From positions 1 to 50,313 of the forward strand of contig JAZDLX010000076.1 of assembly GCA_043801585.1 (NCBI GenBank): 50,313 nt of DNA, given 5' to 3'. This DNA is from a bacterium. Its GTDB lineage: Bacteria > Electryoneota > Electryoneia > Electryoneales > Electryoneaceae. Under the pieces are notes generated by a model, which searched no databases, was not told the origin of the DNA, and saw only the letters and a list, made by a program, of their open reading frames with translations. Shown in pieces: positions 19,696-29,044 of this stretch. Each line of letters opens with the position of its first letter. Positions within the stretch are counted from its first letter, which is position 1. Both the position numbers and the translations under genes were made by a program.

Positions 19696-20831
19696 AACAA
19701 CCGACCTTACGTCCGATCATTACCGCAACATTCCTTTCGCTCATCGGATTCGGGATGATGGTCCCGCTGTTGCCGCTTTTCGCCCGCCAGTTTGGAGCGG
19801 GTGGATTTGTCGTGGGGCTGCTGATGGGGGCGAACCAGGTCGTTGACTTTTTCTTCGCGCCCATTGCAGGCCATCTTTCGGACCGGGTCGGACGTCGCTC
19901 CCTGCTGCTCTTCGCCTACGGAATCACTGCAGCCGCTTATCTCGGGGTTGGTTTCGCGGGAAGCGAGGTCGTTCTGGGAGTGATCTGGATGGTGGCCGGA
20001 TTCGGATCCTCTCAAATCCTGCTCACCCAGGCGTACATCGCGGATGTAACCAGTGACGAGGATCGCACACGGGGGATGGGACTCTGGGGTGCGGGATTTG
20101 CAGTAGGATTCGTCGTTGGGCCGCCGCTCGGGGCGATGCTCTTCGATCGAAACCCATTGATCGCCGCGTCCGTTGCCGCAGGTTTCAGCCTGCTCGCGTT
20201 GCTGCAAACAGCCCTGTTTGTTTGTGAACCCCAGCGTCATCACGCTGAAATCACTCCAAAGGTTTCCTTCCTCAAAGAATTTCGTGGCGTTGTACTTGCG
20301 GTCATTGCCCTTTGTTTCGTCAGCGTTTTCGTCTGGAGCAAAGTGACCACGATGCTCGCACTCTACACTCAGGATGAATTCAGCTGGGGAGTACGCGAAT
20401 ACGGGATGTACCTTGGGTTCGTCGGGCTCGCCTCGGCGTTGATGCAGGGCTGGATGATCGGTCCGCTCGCCCGCCGGTATGGACGAAGGCGCCTGGTCGT
20501 GGCCGGATTCGCGCTGATGGGAGGGGGACTGCTGCTCCTGGTCAGCCTTCCTTCCGGATGGAGTCAGGCGTTCTCGGCGGTTCCGATGGCGTTCGGATTC
20601 GGCATTCTGACGCCAACCCTGCCTGCGGTGCTGTCGAGCGAGGTTCACCCCAGCCGAAAAGGACGCGCGTTAGGGGTCTTTCAATCAGCAAGTACGCTTG
20701 CCCGGGTGATAGCGCCGATTCTGGCCGGTTTGCTCTATGATCGAATCGGCCATCCCGCGCCATTCATCGCCGCGGCCATTGTGTCATTACTCGCTTCGCT
20801 GATGGTGCTGGTTCTTCCTTGGAAGAAGTAG
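19692..20831 (+). CDS. Second TetA-like MFS transporter, tandem paralog
   Basis: GHLSDRVGRR, TQAYIAD, GFVVGPPLG; GTGA overlap with the previous gene. Confidence 0.9.
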   Translation: MKQPTLRPIITATFLSLIGFGMMVPLLPLFARQFGAGGFVVGLLMGANQVVDFFFAPIAGHLSDRVGRRSLLLFAYGITAAAYLGVGFAGSEVVLGVIWMVAGFGSSQILLTQAYIADVTSDEDRTRGMGLWGAGFAVGFVVGPPLGAMLFDRNPLIAASVAAGFSLLALLQTALFVCEPQRHHAEITPKVSFLKEFRGVVLAVIALCFVSVFVWSKVTTMLALYTQDEFSWGVREYGMYLGFVGLASALMQGWMIGPLARRYGRRRLVVAGFALMGGGLLLLVSLPSGWSQAFSAVPMAFGFGILTPTLPAVLSSEVHPSRKGRALGVFQSASTLARVIAPILAGLLYDRIGHPAPFIAAAIVSLLASLMVLVLPWKK

Positions 20832-20961
20832 GAGGAGTCTCTTGTTGTGTGTGGCAATACTCTTTCTGTGACAAATTGTGTGCGGATTGGATTGCCAGAT
20901 TCTCATTTTTTAGTACTGATTCTCGTTGATTGCCCGGGACAGATTGTTTTGTGAGAGAAAT

Positions 20962-21969
20962 ATGAAGCAACAACCGGTAAATTCAATACCCACGGATCAG
21001 CAGGATGAATTCCATTTGCATCCGTTATCACTGAAGTATCAGGGGAAATTAAGCCCGTTAGAGAACGGTTTCCGCATTCAGGAACGTGTGATTAACGTAT
21101 TCCAGACTCGGATTATCGTTTTGATAGCCATTCTCCTCTTTTCATCTTTCGGTTTTTATGATGTTACTTACGACATTTCCGCCCTGGAAAATCGTTTGCT
21201 GTTCATTCGATTCATTGTCACTGTGCCCGTCATGGTGGCTTTTCTCTTTCTTATCGGGACGAATCTTTACCGACGTTACCAGCATCTTTTCCAGATTCTG
21301 ATTATGGCATTCATGTCTGCGAGTCTCACCTGGACTTCTTTGACCGTTCGCAACTATGTGGATCATACCAACTTCGCTGCCGTGATCATTTTCTATATGG
21401 GTGCTATCCTGATTTTTCGCCCACGGTTGATTCCAGGAACGGCAATCGGTGTAGTGATGTTCGCAATCTTTATTGCAGGCGACCTGCTTTTCGGTCTTTA
21501 TGAACCGATCATCCGTCTGAAAGTCTACATGTTCATGCTTTCGGGCTTCCTGATTGGTACAGGTGCCTGCTATATGCTCGAGTATGTGGAACGTGAGCGT
21601 TACTACCTGATGGGCAAACTGGCCGAGGAACAGCGGCATGAGATAGATATCCAAAGACTCGAAACGATCCGCACGATCGCCCGCACCGTTGCCCACGAAT
21701 TCAACAATCCTCTCGGAGCAATTCTCGGGGCGTACGATTTCGCCGTACGTCCGAAGCTGGATCGAATGAACGAGAAAGCGAGAAATGTTGTCTCGCGAAT
21801 TCCTGCAAACGTTCGCCGGATGGAAGCCCTCGTCAAGCGTCTCCTCTCGATCACTCGCGTGAGCCACAGGGAGTACGCGGCGGGTCTGCCGATGCTGGAT
21901 CTCGACGCTTCCGAGGAGAGCATGTCCTCACAGGTGGAATCCCGCGAAGAGGCTTCTCGTTCCCGTTGA
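20962..21969 (+). CDS. Membrane sensor with HisKA (DHp) domain but no HATPase domain
   Basis: About six TM helices, then H-box VAHEFNNPL; the protein ends about 85 aa later without N/G1/F/G2 boxes. Confidence 0.75.
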   Translation: MKQQPVNSIPTDQQDEFHLHPLSLKYQGKLSPLENGFRIQERVINVFQTRIIVLIAILLFSSFGFYDVTYDISALENRLLFIRFIVTVPVMVAFLFLIGTNLYRRYQHLFQILIMAFMSASLTWTSLTVRNYVDHTNFAAVIIFYMGAILIFRPRLIPGTAIGVVMFAIFIAGDLLFGLYEPIIRLKVYMFMLSGFLIGTGACYMLEYVERERYYLMGKLAEEQRHEIDIQRLETIRTIARTVAHEFNNPLGAILGAYDFAVRPKLDRMNEKARNVVSRIPANVRRMEALVKRLLSITRVSHREYAAGLPMLDLDASEESMSSQVESREEASRSR

Positions 21970-22051
21970 TCGTACTATATTCCCGTCACATCAGCATTTC
22001 CTTGTCTCCCGGAAATCCCGGGAGTGAGCGGAAACCAAACGGGAGAGACGT

Positions 22052-23224
22052 GTGGCGGGCGACTGGATGTCCCTGGCGCTGGAACGATTCCAGAGTGCAA
22101 CAAGGACCGTACGCCTGACGCTGCCGCCGGGACGGCACGAGCGTTTCTGGGAGCGACTGGTCGAACTGGCCGTGATGAAACGGCGGGGACTGACCATCAC
22201 CCTGCTCCTCCCAATCAGCCCGGCACATCCCGATTCTCTCAGACACGCCCTGAAAGCCCTGAAGGAAATAGAACTTTCCGGTCATGAAGTCGGCTGGGCC
22301 GCGAATGATCCGTTGCCCTTTTCGTTGCTCGTCGTGGATGACCTGTGGGCGTTGATTGTCGCGGGAGATCCCGATGCGGCGGATGGTTCCGGGTATGCGC
22401 GCCTGACCGAGATGGCCGAAGAGGTGCGGCCGGTGCGTGACGCCTTCGACAGGAGAGTTGCCCGTGGAATCGGTGGACTCGACCCGGTAGCCTGGCTGGA
22501 GTGGTTGGAACAGGCGCCCTATCGTAAAACGACACGTGCGGCGTTGGCGGCGCTTCACAGGGGAAACAAACGGCTCGGCTCCGCTGTTCGGCGTGAGCTG
22601 AAGAAAATGCCGCGCAGGGGTTTCTGGCTGGTGAAACCGCACGACAGCGCCTACGGCATGTCGGAGCCTCCGGGGGCGATGCACTGGGGCGAGTGGATCC
22701 TGCAGGAACGGGTGGCGATGGGATTCCCGGCGCTTGCGGACCTGTTCGCTGGGTCGGCCTTCCCGACGAGGCAGGTTTTCCAGAAACGGCTCCGGGCGGA
22801 ATATCAGGGGTATCGTGACATGGCGCGCGCCTATGCCACGGCTCGCCATTTCATTCTGGAAATGCTCCCCGGAGACCGTGTCGCGGCTGTGGATGGCTGG
22901 ACATCGTCTCAGGCACAGCCGGTCCGCTTTCATGGCTGGGGACGGATCGGGGGGATGGTGGAGATCCGCAGCAGCAGCAGGAAGGGCTGGCGTGTTGGAC
23001 GCAAGACCGAATGGCAACGGTACGAAGTGGAGATACCGGTGGTGGCGGTCCGTGAATCAACCGGTCTTCAATCCTGCACCTTCCCGATCCACCGGCTTGA
23101 CGGCCACGCCTTCCGTTCCCTCGCCGACCTCGCCGAAGAGGTCCTGCGCTCGGTGGGGCAGAGCCAACTGAACCTCGAGTTGACCTTGATGGATCGCTTG
23201 AGCCGGCAGCAGGAACTACTCTGA
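22052..23224 (+). CDS. Hypothetical protein: degenerate PLD-like domain plus McrB/Mrr N-terminal-like (EVE/PUA-like) domain
   Basis: RBS GGGAGAG; LPFSLLVVDDLWALIV resembles HxKxxxxD without H/K; FWLVKP..W..VAMGF..FILEMLPGDRV..GWGRI..RKTEW pattern. Confidence 0.6.
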   Translation: MAGDWMSLALERFQSATRTVRLTLPPGRHERFWERLVELAVMKRRGLTITLLLPISPAHPDSLRHALKALKEIELSGHEVGWAANDPLPFSLLVVDDLWALIVAGDPDAADGSGYARLTEMAEEVRPVRDAFDRRVARGIGGLDPVAWLEWLEQAPYRKTTRAALAALHRGNKRLGSAVRRELKKMPRRGFWLVKPHDSAYGMSEPPGAMHWGEWILQERVAMGFPALADLFAGSAFPTRQVFQKRLRAEYQGYRDMARAYATARHFILEMLPGDRVAAVDGWTSSQAQPVRFHGWGRIGGMVEIRSSSRKGWRVGRKTEWQRYEVEIPVVAVRESTGLQSCTFPIHRLDGHAFRSLADLAEEVLRSVGQSQLNLELTLMDRLSRQQELL

Positions 23225-23243
23225 TTGAGGAAGGATACGTGCG

Positions 23244-23786
23244 GTGGAGCCACAGCCATTCCAGAACCTTGAAAATCTCCCCGCCGGGGACCAGGCGCCG
23301 GAGATCGTTCATGTGATTGTTGAGATCCCCAAGGGTGGGCGGAACAAGTACGAGTATGACCCGAAGATGGGACTGTTCCGGCTCGACCGTGTCCTCTACT
23401 CGGCGGTTCACTACCCCGCCGCCTACGGATTCATTCCCGGAACACACGCTCCCGACGGCGACGCGATGGACATTCTCGTCGTCACCAGCGAACCGACGTT
23501 CACCGGATGCCTGATGACAGCGCGCCCGATCGGGATGATGACGATGCACGACGAAAAGGGGATGGACGAAAAGGTTCTCGCGGTCTCCAACGTCGATCCC
23601 TACTCGCGGGGCATTCATGAACTGTCCGATGTCCGCCCGCACCTGACACGGGAAATCGAACACTTCTTCGCCGTGTACAAAGACCTCGAGGACAAGCAGG
23701 TGGACATCCGTGGCTGGACCGACCGTGCGGGCACCCTCGACCGCATTCGCGAGTACATGGATGCGCACAAGGCACTCCATCCATAG
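23244..23786 (+). CDS. ppa: Inorganic pyrophosphatase (family I)
   Basis: VEIPKG.NKYEYD, LDRVL, YGFIP, DGDAMD, DEK, HFFAVYKDLE. Confidence 0.97.
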   Translation: MEPQPFQNLENLPAGDQAPEIVHVIVEIPKGGRNKYEYDPKMGLFRLDRVLYSAVHYPAAYGFIPGTHAPDGDAMDILVVTSEPTFTGCLMTARPIGMMTMHDEKGMDEKVLAVSNVDPYSRGIHELSDVRPHLTREIEHFFAVYKDLEDKQVDIRGWTDRAGTLDRIREYMDAHKALHP

Positions 23787-23872
23787 AGACCTGTGATTTT
23801 GCATCATCGAATTCTGGAACCCAAGATGCCTACCTTGGTGTGATTCAACGAATGCATGAAAGACATCCAATT

Positions 23873-25102
23873 ATGAGCTTTACCTGGATCGTCGCCAACC
23901 GGTACCTGCGCTCGAAACGGCGCACCGGGTTCATCAGCCTGATCACCTGGCTCTCCACCGGAGGGGTGGCCCTCGGTGTGGGAGCACTCGTCATCGTCCT
24001 CTCGATCATGAACGGCTTCGAGGAGGAGGTGAGGTCACGGATCATCGGGGCGGACGCTCCGCTGAGGGTCTCGACGTTTTCCGGCCACTCCTCCCTCGAC
24101 TGGCCACAGGTCGCGGAGACCATTTCCGGACTCGACAAGGTGGAGGCCGTCACCCCCTACATCCTCGACAAGGGAATGATCCGCGCCGGGAAAAACACCG
24201 AGGGGTGTGTCATACGTGGCGTCGATCCCGAAACGGTCGGCGAGGTCAACCGTTTGCCGGAGATGATCATCGCAGGGAGTATGGAAGGGCTTGAACCCGC
24301 TCATTCCAGCGACATGGGCGGGATTATCCTCGGCCGGTACCTCGCGGATATCCTCTACATCGACCTCGGCGATACCCTGTTCCTCATTTCTCCGTCCGGC
24401 ATGAGCAGCGTCTTCAGCCAGCCTAAAATCGGGCAGTTCGTTGTCACCGGCGTATTTGAATCCGGGTTGGCGGAATTCGATCAGGTCTTTGTTATCATCG
24501 GGCTGCACCAGGCCCAGAAAATGTTCGGACTCGGGTCGCAGATAAGCGGTTTGGACGTCAAGACCAAGACGCTTGAGGATGCCACGGTTGTCAAACAGGA
24601 GATCAACGACACCATCGGCTATCCCTGGTATCCGCGAACGTGGTACGAAATGCGTAAGACCTTGTTTTCATGGATGCAGCTCGAGAAATGGGCGATGTTC
24701 ATCGTGCTCAGCCTGATCATCCTCGTGGCGGCGTTCAATATCGTCAGCACGCTGGTGATGATCACCATGGAGAAACGGAAAGAGGTGGGAATCCTGATGG
24801 CGATGGGCGCGACCCGGAAGAACATTCAGCACATTTTTCTCTGGCAGGGACTATTTGTCGGACTGGTGGGGACTGTCGCCGGGCTGATGATCGGTTTTTC
24901 GATCCTCTGGGCGCAACAAACCTGGAAAATTATCAGCCTGCCGAGCGACATCTACATGATTGCCGCGCTCCCGGTCAAGATGCATGTGCTTGATTTCACG
25001 GCGGTTGGTGTTGTTGGAGTGATCCTTTGCCTGCTTGCGGCTGTATACCCGGCACGCCGTGCCGCCGCTCTCGACCCGGTGGAGGCGATACGGTACGAAT
25101 GA
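23873..25102 (+). CDS. lolE: Lipoprotein-releasing ABC transporter permease LolC/E
   Basis: RYLRSKR, VLSIMNGFE, AAFNIVSTL, YPARRAA.LDPVEAIRYE. Confidence 0.93.
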   Translation: MSFTWIVANRYLRSKRRTGFISLITWLSTGGVALGVGALVIVLSIMNGFEEEVRSRIIGADAPLRVSTFSGHSSLDWPQVAETISGLDKVEAVTPYILDKGMIRAGKNTEGCVIRGVDPETVGEVNRLPEMIIAGSMEGLEPAHSSDMGGIILGRYLADILYIDLGDTLFLISPSGMSSVFSQPKIGQFVVTGVFESGLAEFDQVFVIIGLHQAQKMFGLGSQISGLDVKTKTLEDATVVKQEINDTIGYPWYPRTWYEMRKTLFSWMQLEKWAMFIVLSLIILVAAFNIVSTLVMITMEKRKEVGILMAMGATRKNIQHIFLWQGLFVGLVGTVAGLMIGFSILWAQQTWKIISLPSDIYMIAALPVKMHVLDFTAVGVVGVILCLLAAVYPARRAAALDPVEAIRYE

Positions 25103-25177
25103 TTCGGAAAGGTTGACTTTCTGATAAAGTGTGAAAGGCGACACTGCTATGTTTCAGAGTGAAGTTTACTAAGTGGT

Positions 25178-25242
25178 GTAGCCCGGCATCACCGCATGCC
25201 GGGGAGTACGAATTATCCCGGAACACGGTGGTTCCGGGCTAC
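25178..25242. repeat. REP doublet (REPIN) of GTAG-type REPs
   Basis: GTAGCCCGGCATCACCGCATGCCGGG (25178-25203) and the reverse complement of GTAGCCCGGAACCACCGTGTTCCGGG (25217-25242); related doublet at 28759-28829. Confidence 0.85.
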
Positions 25243-25267
25243 AAATCGCAAAAGAAGACGGCAGAGC

Positions 25268-25963
25268 ATGAACGGAACGGACTACGAAACACCCGCCCTC
25301 CTCGCGGAGGGGGTGGTCAAGAACTACCAACTCGGGAAGCACACCATCGAGGTGCTGCGGGGGATCGACTTCTCCGTGCAGCCGGGAGAATTTGTCGCCG
25401 TAGTGGGTCCGTCGGGTGCGGGAAAATCCACCCTGCTTCACATCCTCGGTACGTTGGAACGCCCGACGAGCGGCACCGTGATGATCACCGGGCGCGATAC
25501 GTCGAAACTTACGGACGATGACCTCGCGCTGTTCCGCCGCGAATCCGTGGGTTTTGTCTTTCAGTTCCATCACCTTCTCCCGGCGTTCAGTGCACTGGAA
25601 AACGTAATGATGCCTGCGCTGGTCCGCGGGCTCACGAAGGCGGAAGCGGAGGGTCCAGCGAAGGCGCTGTTGGAATCACTGGGTGTCGGACAACGTCTCG
25701 ACAACAAGCCAGCAGAGCTCTCCGGAGGCGAACAGCAACGAGTCGCCGTGGCCCGGGCGATGGTCAACTCGCCACGGGTGCTGCTCGCCGACGAACCCAC
25801 CGGCAACCTGGATCGCGGAACAGGGCAAAAGCTCGAAGGAGATCTCGTTCGGTTCACACGCGAGCAGGGTGCGTCGGTGGTGGTTGTCACCCACAACGAG
25901 GAGTGGGCGGCGAAGGCCGACAGGGTGATCCGGCTGGTGGACGGCACGATCGAGGCGTCGTGA
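25268..25963 (+). CDS. lolD: Lipoprotein-releasing ABC transporter ATP-binding protein
   Basis: GPSGAGKST, GFVFQFHHLL LolD motif, LSGGEQQR, ADEPTGNLD; follows lolE. Confidence 0.93.
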   Translation: MNGTDYETPALLAEGVVKNYQLGKHTIEVLRGIDFSVQPGEFVAVVGPSGAGKSTLLHILGTLERPTSGTVMITGRDTSKLTDDDLALFRRESVGFVFQFHHLLPAFSALENVMMPALVRGLTKAEAEGPAKALLESLGVGQRLDNKPAELSGGEQQRVAVARAMVNSPRVLLADEPTGNLDRGTGQKLEGDLVRFTREQGASVVVVTHNEEWAAKADRVIRLVDGTIEAS

Positions 25964-26215
25964 TTCCTCTTTTTTCTCACCGCATGCCTTTTCTCAGTTG
26001 ACCCGTCAACCTCTCGTGCGGTTTCCAGGGATCACGGCAAAATGAATCCATAAATGGGATTGTGCCCGTTTCCTCCCGCGGGCGGTTGAACTCCTCTTTG
26101 GGGTTCAAGGTGGCAAAGTGGGGGCGTGGTGACACGGTAACAGGCGCTATATTTAGACAAAAGTCGTTCCTTTGCATGATTCAAGCGACGCAGACAACCA
26201 TCGACGGAACCAAAG

Positions 26216-28694
26216 ATGACGAACAAGTTTTCCTACCGAGTCCAGCAGGCGATTCAGCACGCACGCGAAGAGGCGTTGCGCCTGGGGCATGATGCGATCA
26301 GCACCGAGCATCTTCTGCTGGGCTTGATTCAGCTGGGGCGAGGGAACCGCCGTTGAAATATTGCAGAACCTCGGCGTGGATCTGGATGAGATTCGTGAGA
26401 CGATTGAATCGGCGATCCAGTCTCCCTCGACGCTGCTTAAAATGGGCAACATCCCCTTCACCAAACGTGCCGAAAAGGTGTTGAAGGTCTCCTACATCGA
26501 GGGGAAGAACTACAGTGCGGAGAACATCGGCACCGAACACCTCCTGCTCGCGTTGATCAAAGACGAGGAAGGGGTCGCCTCCCAGGTCCTCGAATCTCAC
26601 GGTGTTACCTACGATACGGTGAAAGCGGAACTCGGCCATATGAATTCAGAAGAAACCCCGGAAGCGCCCGACATCACTCCACAGAAATCCGTGCCAAGCA
26701 AGAGCAAGACTCCGGTGCTCGACCATTTTGGTCGTGACCTGACACGGCTGGCCCGTGAATCCAAACTCGACCCGATCATCGGGCGCGACAGGGAAATCGA
26801 ACGAGTTGCGCAGATCCTCAGTCGCCGCAAGAAAAACAACCCTGTGCTCATCGGCGAGCCGGGAGTCGGCAAAACGGCTATCGTCGAGGGACTGGCGCTG
26901 CGGATCATCCAGCAGAAAGTCTCTCCGGCGCTGTTCAACAAGCGGGTCATCGCCCTCGACCTCGGGGCGATGGTCGCGGGAACGAAATACCGTGGCCAGT
27001 TTGAGGAGCGTGTCAAGGCGGTGCTTGCGGAGATTGAAAAGAATCCCGAGGTAATAATCTTCATCGACGAGCTTCATACCATCGTCGGCGCCGGATCGGC
27101 ATCAGGGAGTCTCGACGCCTCGAACATGTTCAAACCCGCTTTGGCGCGCGGCGAGCTTCAGACCATCGGTGCGACCACGCTCAACGATTATCGTGAGTCC
27201 ATCGAAAAGGACGGAGCGTTGGAACGGCGTTTCCAGAAGTTGATGGTCGATCCGCCCAATGTCGATGAGACGATCCAGATACTTCAGGGATTGAAGGAGC
27301 GATACGAGGAGCATCACGGCGTCCATTACAGCGACGAGGCATTGCGTCACGCTGTGATTCTCGCGGACCGCTACATCTCGGACCGCTTCCTCCCGGACAA
27401 GGCGATCGATGTGCTCGATGAAACGGGCAGCCGTTTGCGCCTGATGAACCTCGTCGTGCCTGACCACATCGTCGAACTCGAGGGGAAACTCGAGGAACTC
27501 CAGAAGGAGAAGGACGAGCTGGTCAAGAAACAGGAATACGAGAAAGCCGCCGAGGTCCGCGACCGCCGCCACAAGCTCGAAATGGAATTGAAAAAGGCTC
27601 GCGAAGAGTGGGAGAACAGCGAACAGGTGTCGGCCATCGAGGTGACCCCCGACGACATTGCTGAAGTGGTCAGCATGATGACCGGGATTCCGACAAGCCG
27701 TGTCGCGTCGAGCGAATCCCAGCGCCTGCTCGAGATGCGTGACAAACTGAAGAAGAAGGTCATCGGTCAGGACGATGCAATCGACGAACTCGTCAAGGCG
27801 ATCCGCCGCAGCCGTACAGGGCTCAAATCGCCCAATCGCCCAATCGGCAGTTTTGTTTTCCTTGGCCCGACGGGAGTCGGCAAGACGGAGTTGGCGCATG
27901 TCCTGGCGGAATACCTCTTCGCGGACCGTAACGCCATCATCCGGGTGGACATGTCGGAGTACATGGAGAAGTTCAACGTCAGCCGTTTGATCGGGGCACC
28001 CCCGGGGTATGTAGGATATGACGAGGGCGGGCAGCTCTCCGAAAAGGTGCGGCGCAAGCCCTACAGCGTCGTATTGCTCGACGAGGTGGAGAAGGCGCAC
28101 CCGGATGTGTTCAATACCCTCCTGCAGGTGCTTGACAACGGCGAGATGACCGATGGCAGCGGACGCCGTATCGACTTCCGCAACACCGTGATCATCATGA
28201 CCTCGAACCTGGGCGGCCGAGAGGCGAAGAAAGGTTCCATCGGGTTCATGGAGGATGACGGCCGCGATAATACTTCGTACAAAGAGATGAAGCAGAAGAT
28301 GCTCAAATCCGCCGAGGACCTGTTCCGTCCTGAATTTCTGAACCGGATCGACGAGGTGATTGTTTTCCGCAAGCTGCAGCGAGAACACATCCTCGAGATC
28401 GAGGACATCTACCTCGCGGATATTAACCGTCGTCTCGCCGACCGCCAGATCGAACTGGAGCTGACCGAAGCGGCAAAGAATTTCCTCTGCAACAAGGGCT
28501 TCAGTGCCGACACCGGTGCACGAACCCTCCGTCGCGCGGTGGAACGCCACCTCGAGGATCCTCTCGCCGAGGAGATGCTGAAAGGGAGTGTCACCGACGG
28601 CAGCCTGGTGACGGTGGATGTCGACAAGAAGGAAGAAAAACTGATCTTCAAGCCGCAGCAGCGCGAATCCAAAACGAAAGTGGAAAAAGCCTGA
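26216..28694 (+). CDS. clpC: ATP-dependent Clp protease ATP-binding subunit ClpC, with a +1 frameshift at 26335-26338
   Basis: ATG 26216 gives [37 protein letters not shown]; removing one G from GGGG joins it to the 26361 frame; two Walker A motifs ([16 protein letters not shown]), UVR-type middle domain, IGF ClpP-docking loop. Confidence 0.93.
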
Positions 28695-28718
28695 TCCGGC
28701 GAGCGGATTCAAAGACTG

Positions 28719-28748
28719 AACGCCTGGCATTTGCCGGGCGTTTTTTTT
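28719..28748 (+). terminator. clpC terminator (copy 1)
   Basis: AACGCCTGGC-attt-GCCGGGCGTT running into a T8 tract. Confidence 0.85.
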
Positions 28749-28758
28749 GTCAGCCCAA

Positions 28759-28829
28759 GTAGCCCGGAACCACCGTGTCCCGGGAGAAGGATGAAAACAA
28801 ATACCCGGCATACGGTGATGCCGGGCTAC
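28759..28829. repeat. Second REP doublet (REPIN), inverted relative to the first
   Basis: GTAGCCCGGAACCACCGTGTCCCGGG (28759-28784) and CCCGGCATACGGTGATGCCGGGCTAC (28804-28829). Confidence 0.85.
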
Positions 28830-28908
28830 ATATCTGATCTTCAAGCCGCAGCAGCGCGAATCCAAAACGAAAGTGGAAAAAGCCTGAAGAACTCATAGAT
28901 CTGACAGC

Positions 28909-28936
28909 AAACGCCCGGCTGGTGCCGGGCGTTTTT
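28909..28936. terminator. Second, homologous terminator hairpin after the duplicated clpC end
   Basis: AAACGCCCGGC-tggt-GCCGGGCGTTT TT. Confidence 0.8.
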
Positions 28937-29044
28937 GTATTGTGGTTTCCGGGTGGCTCGAGCTCGACTTTTCGGGTCAGGATTTCACATGCTTTGAAAA
29001 ATGACATGAAAGCAAGTTGAGATAAGCCGCCGGAACAAGCTCCC

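Larger units (their letters stand above)
28641..28887 (+). repeat. Exact 54-bp direct repeat of the clpC 3' end (28641-28694 and 28834-28887)
   Basis: CTGATCTTCAAGCCGCAGCAGCGCGAATCCAAAACGAAAGTGGAAAAAGCCTGA occurs twice, stop codon included. Confidence 0.97.

Noticed and set aside
20852..20868. Sigma-54 promoter upstream of the HisKA-only sensor
   Set aside because: TGGCA -24 element present, but the required -12 GC is missing
25178..28829. REP units as a CRISPR array or as ends of a composite transposon
   Set aside because: Only doublets, no regular repeat-spacer series, no cas or transposase gene, and the enclosed genes are housekeeping
27102..28865. 587-aa antisense ORF over clpC, and similar long antisense ORFs (138-1169, 39626-40831, 42255-43346, 48895-50082)
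   Set aside because: Shadow frames of well-supported genes in GC-rich DNA with no recognisable motifs
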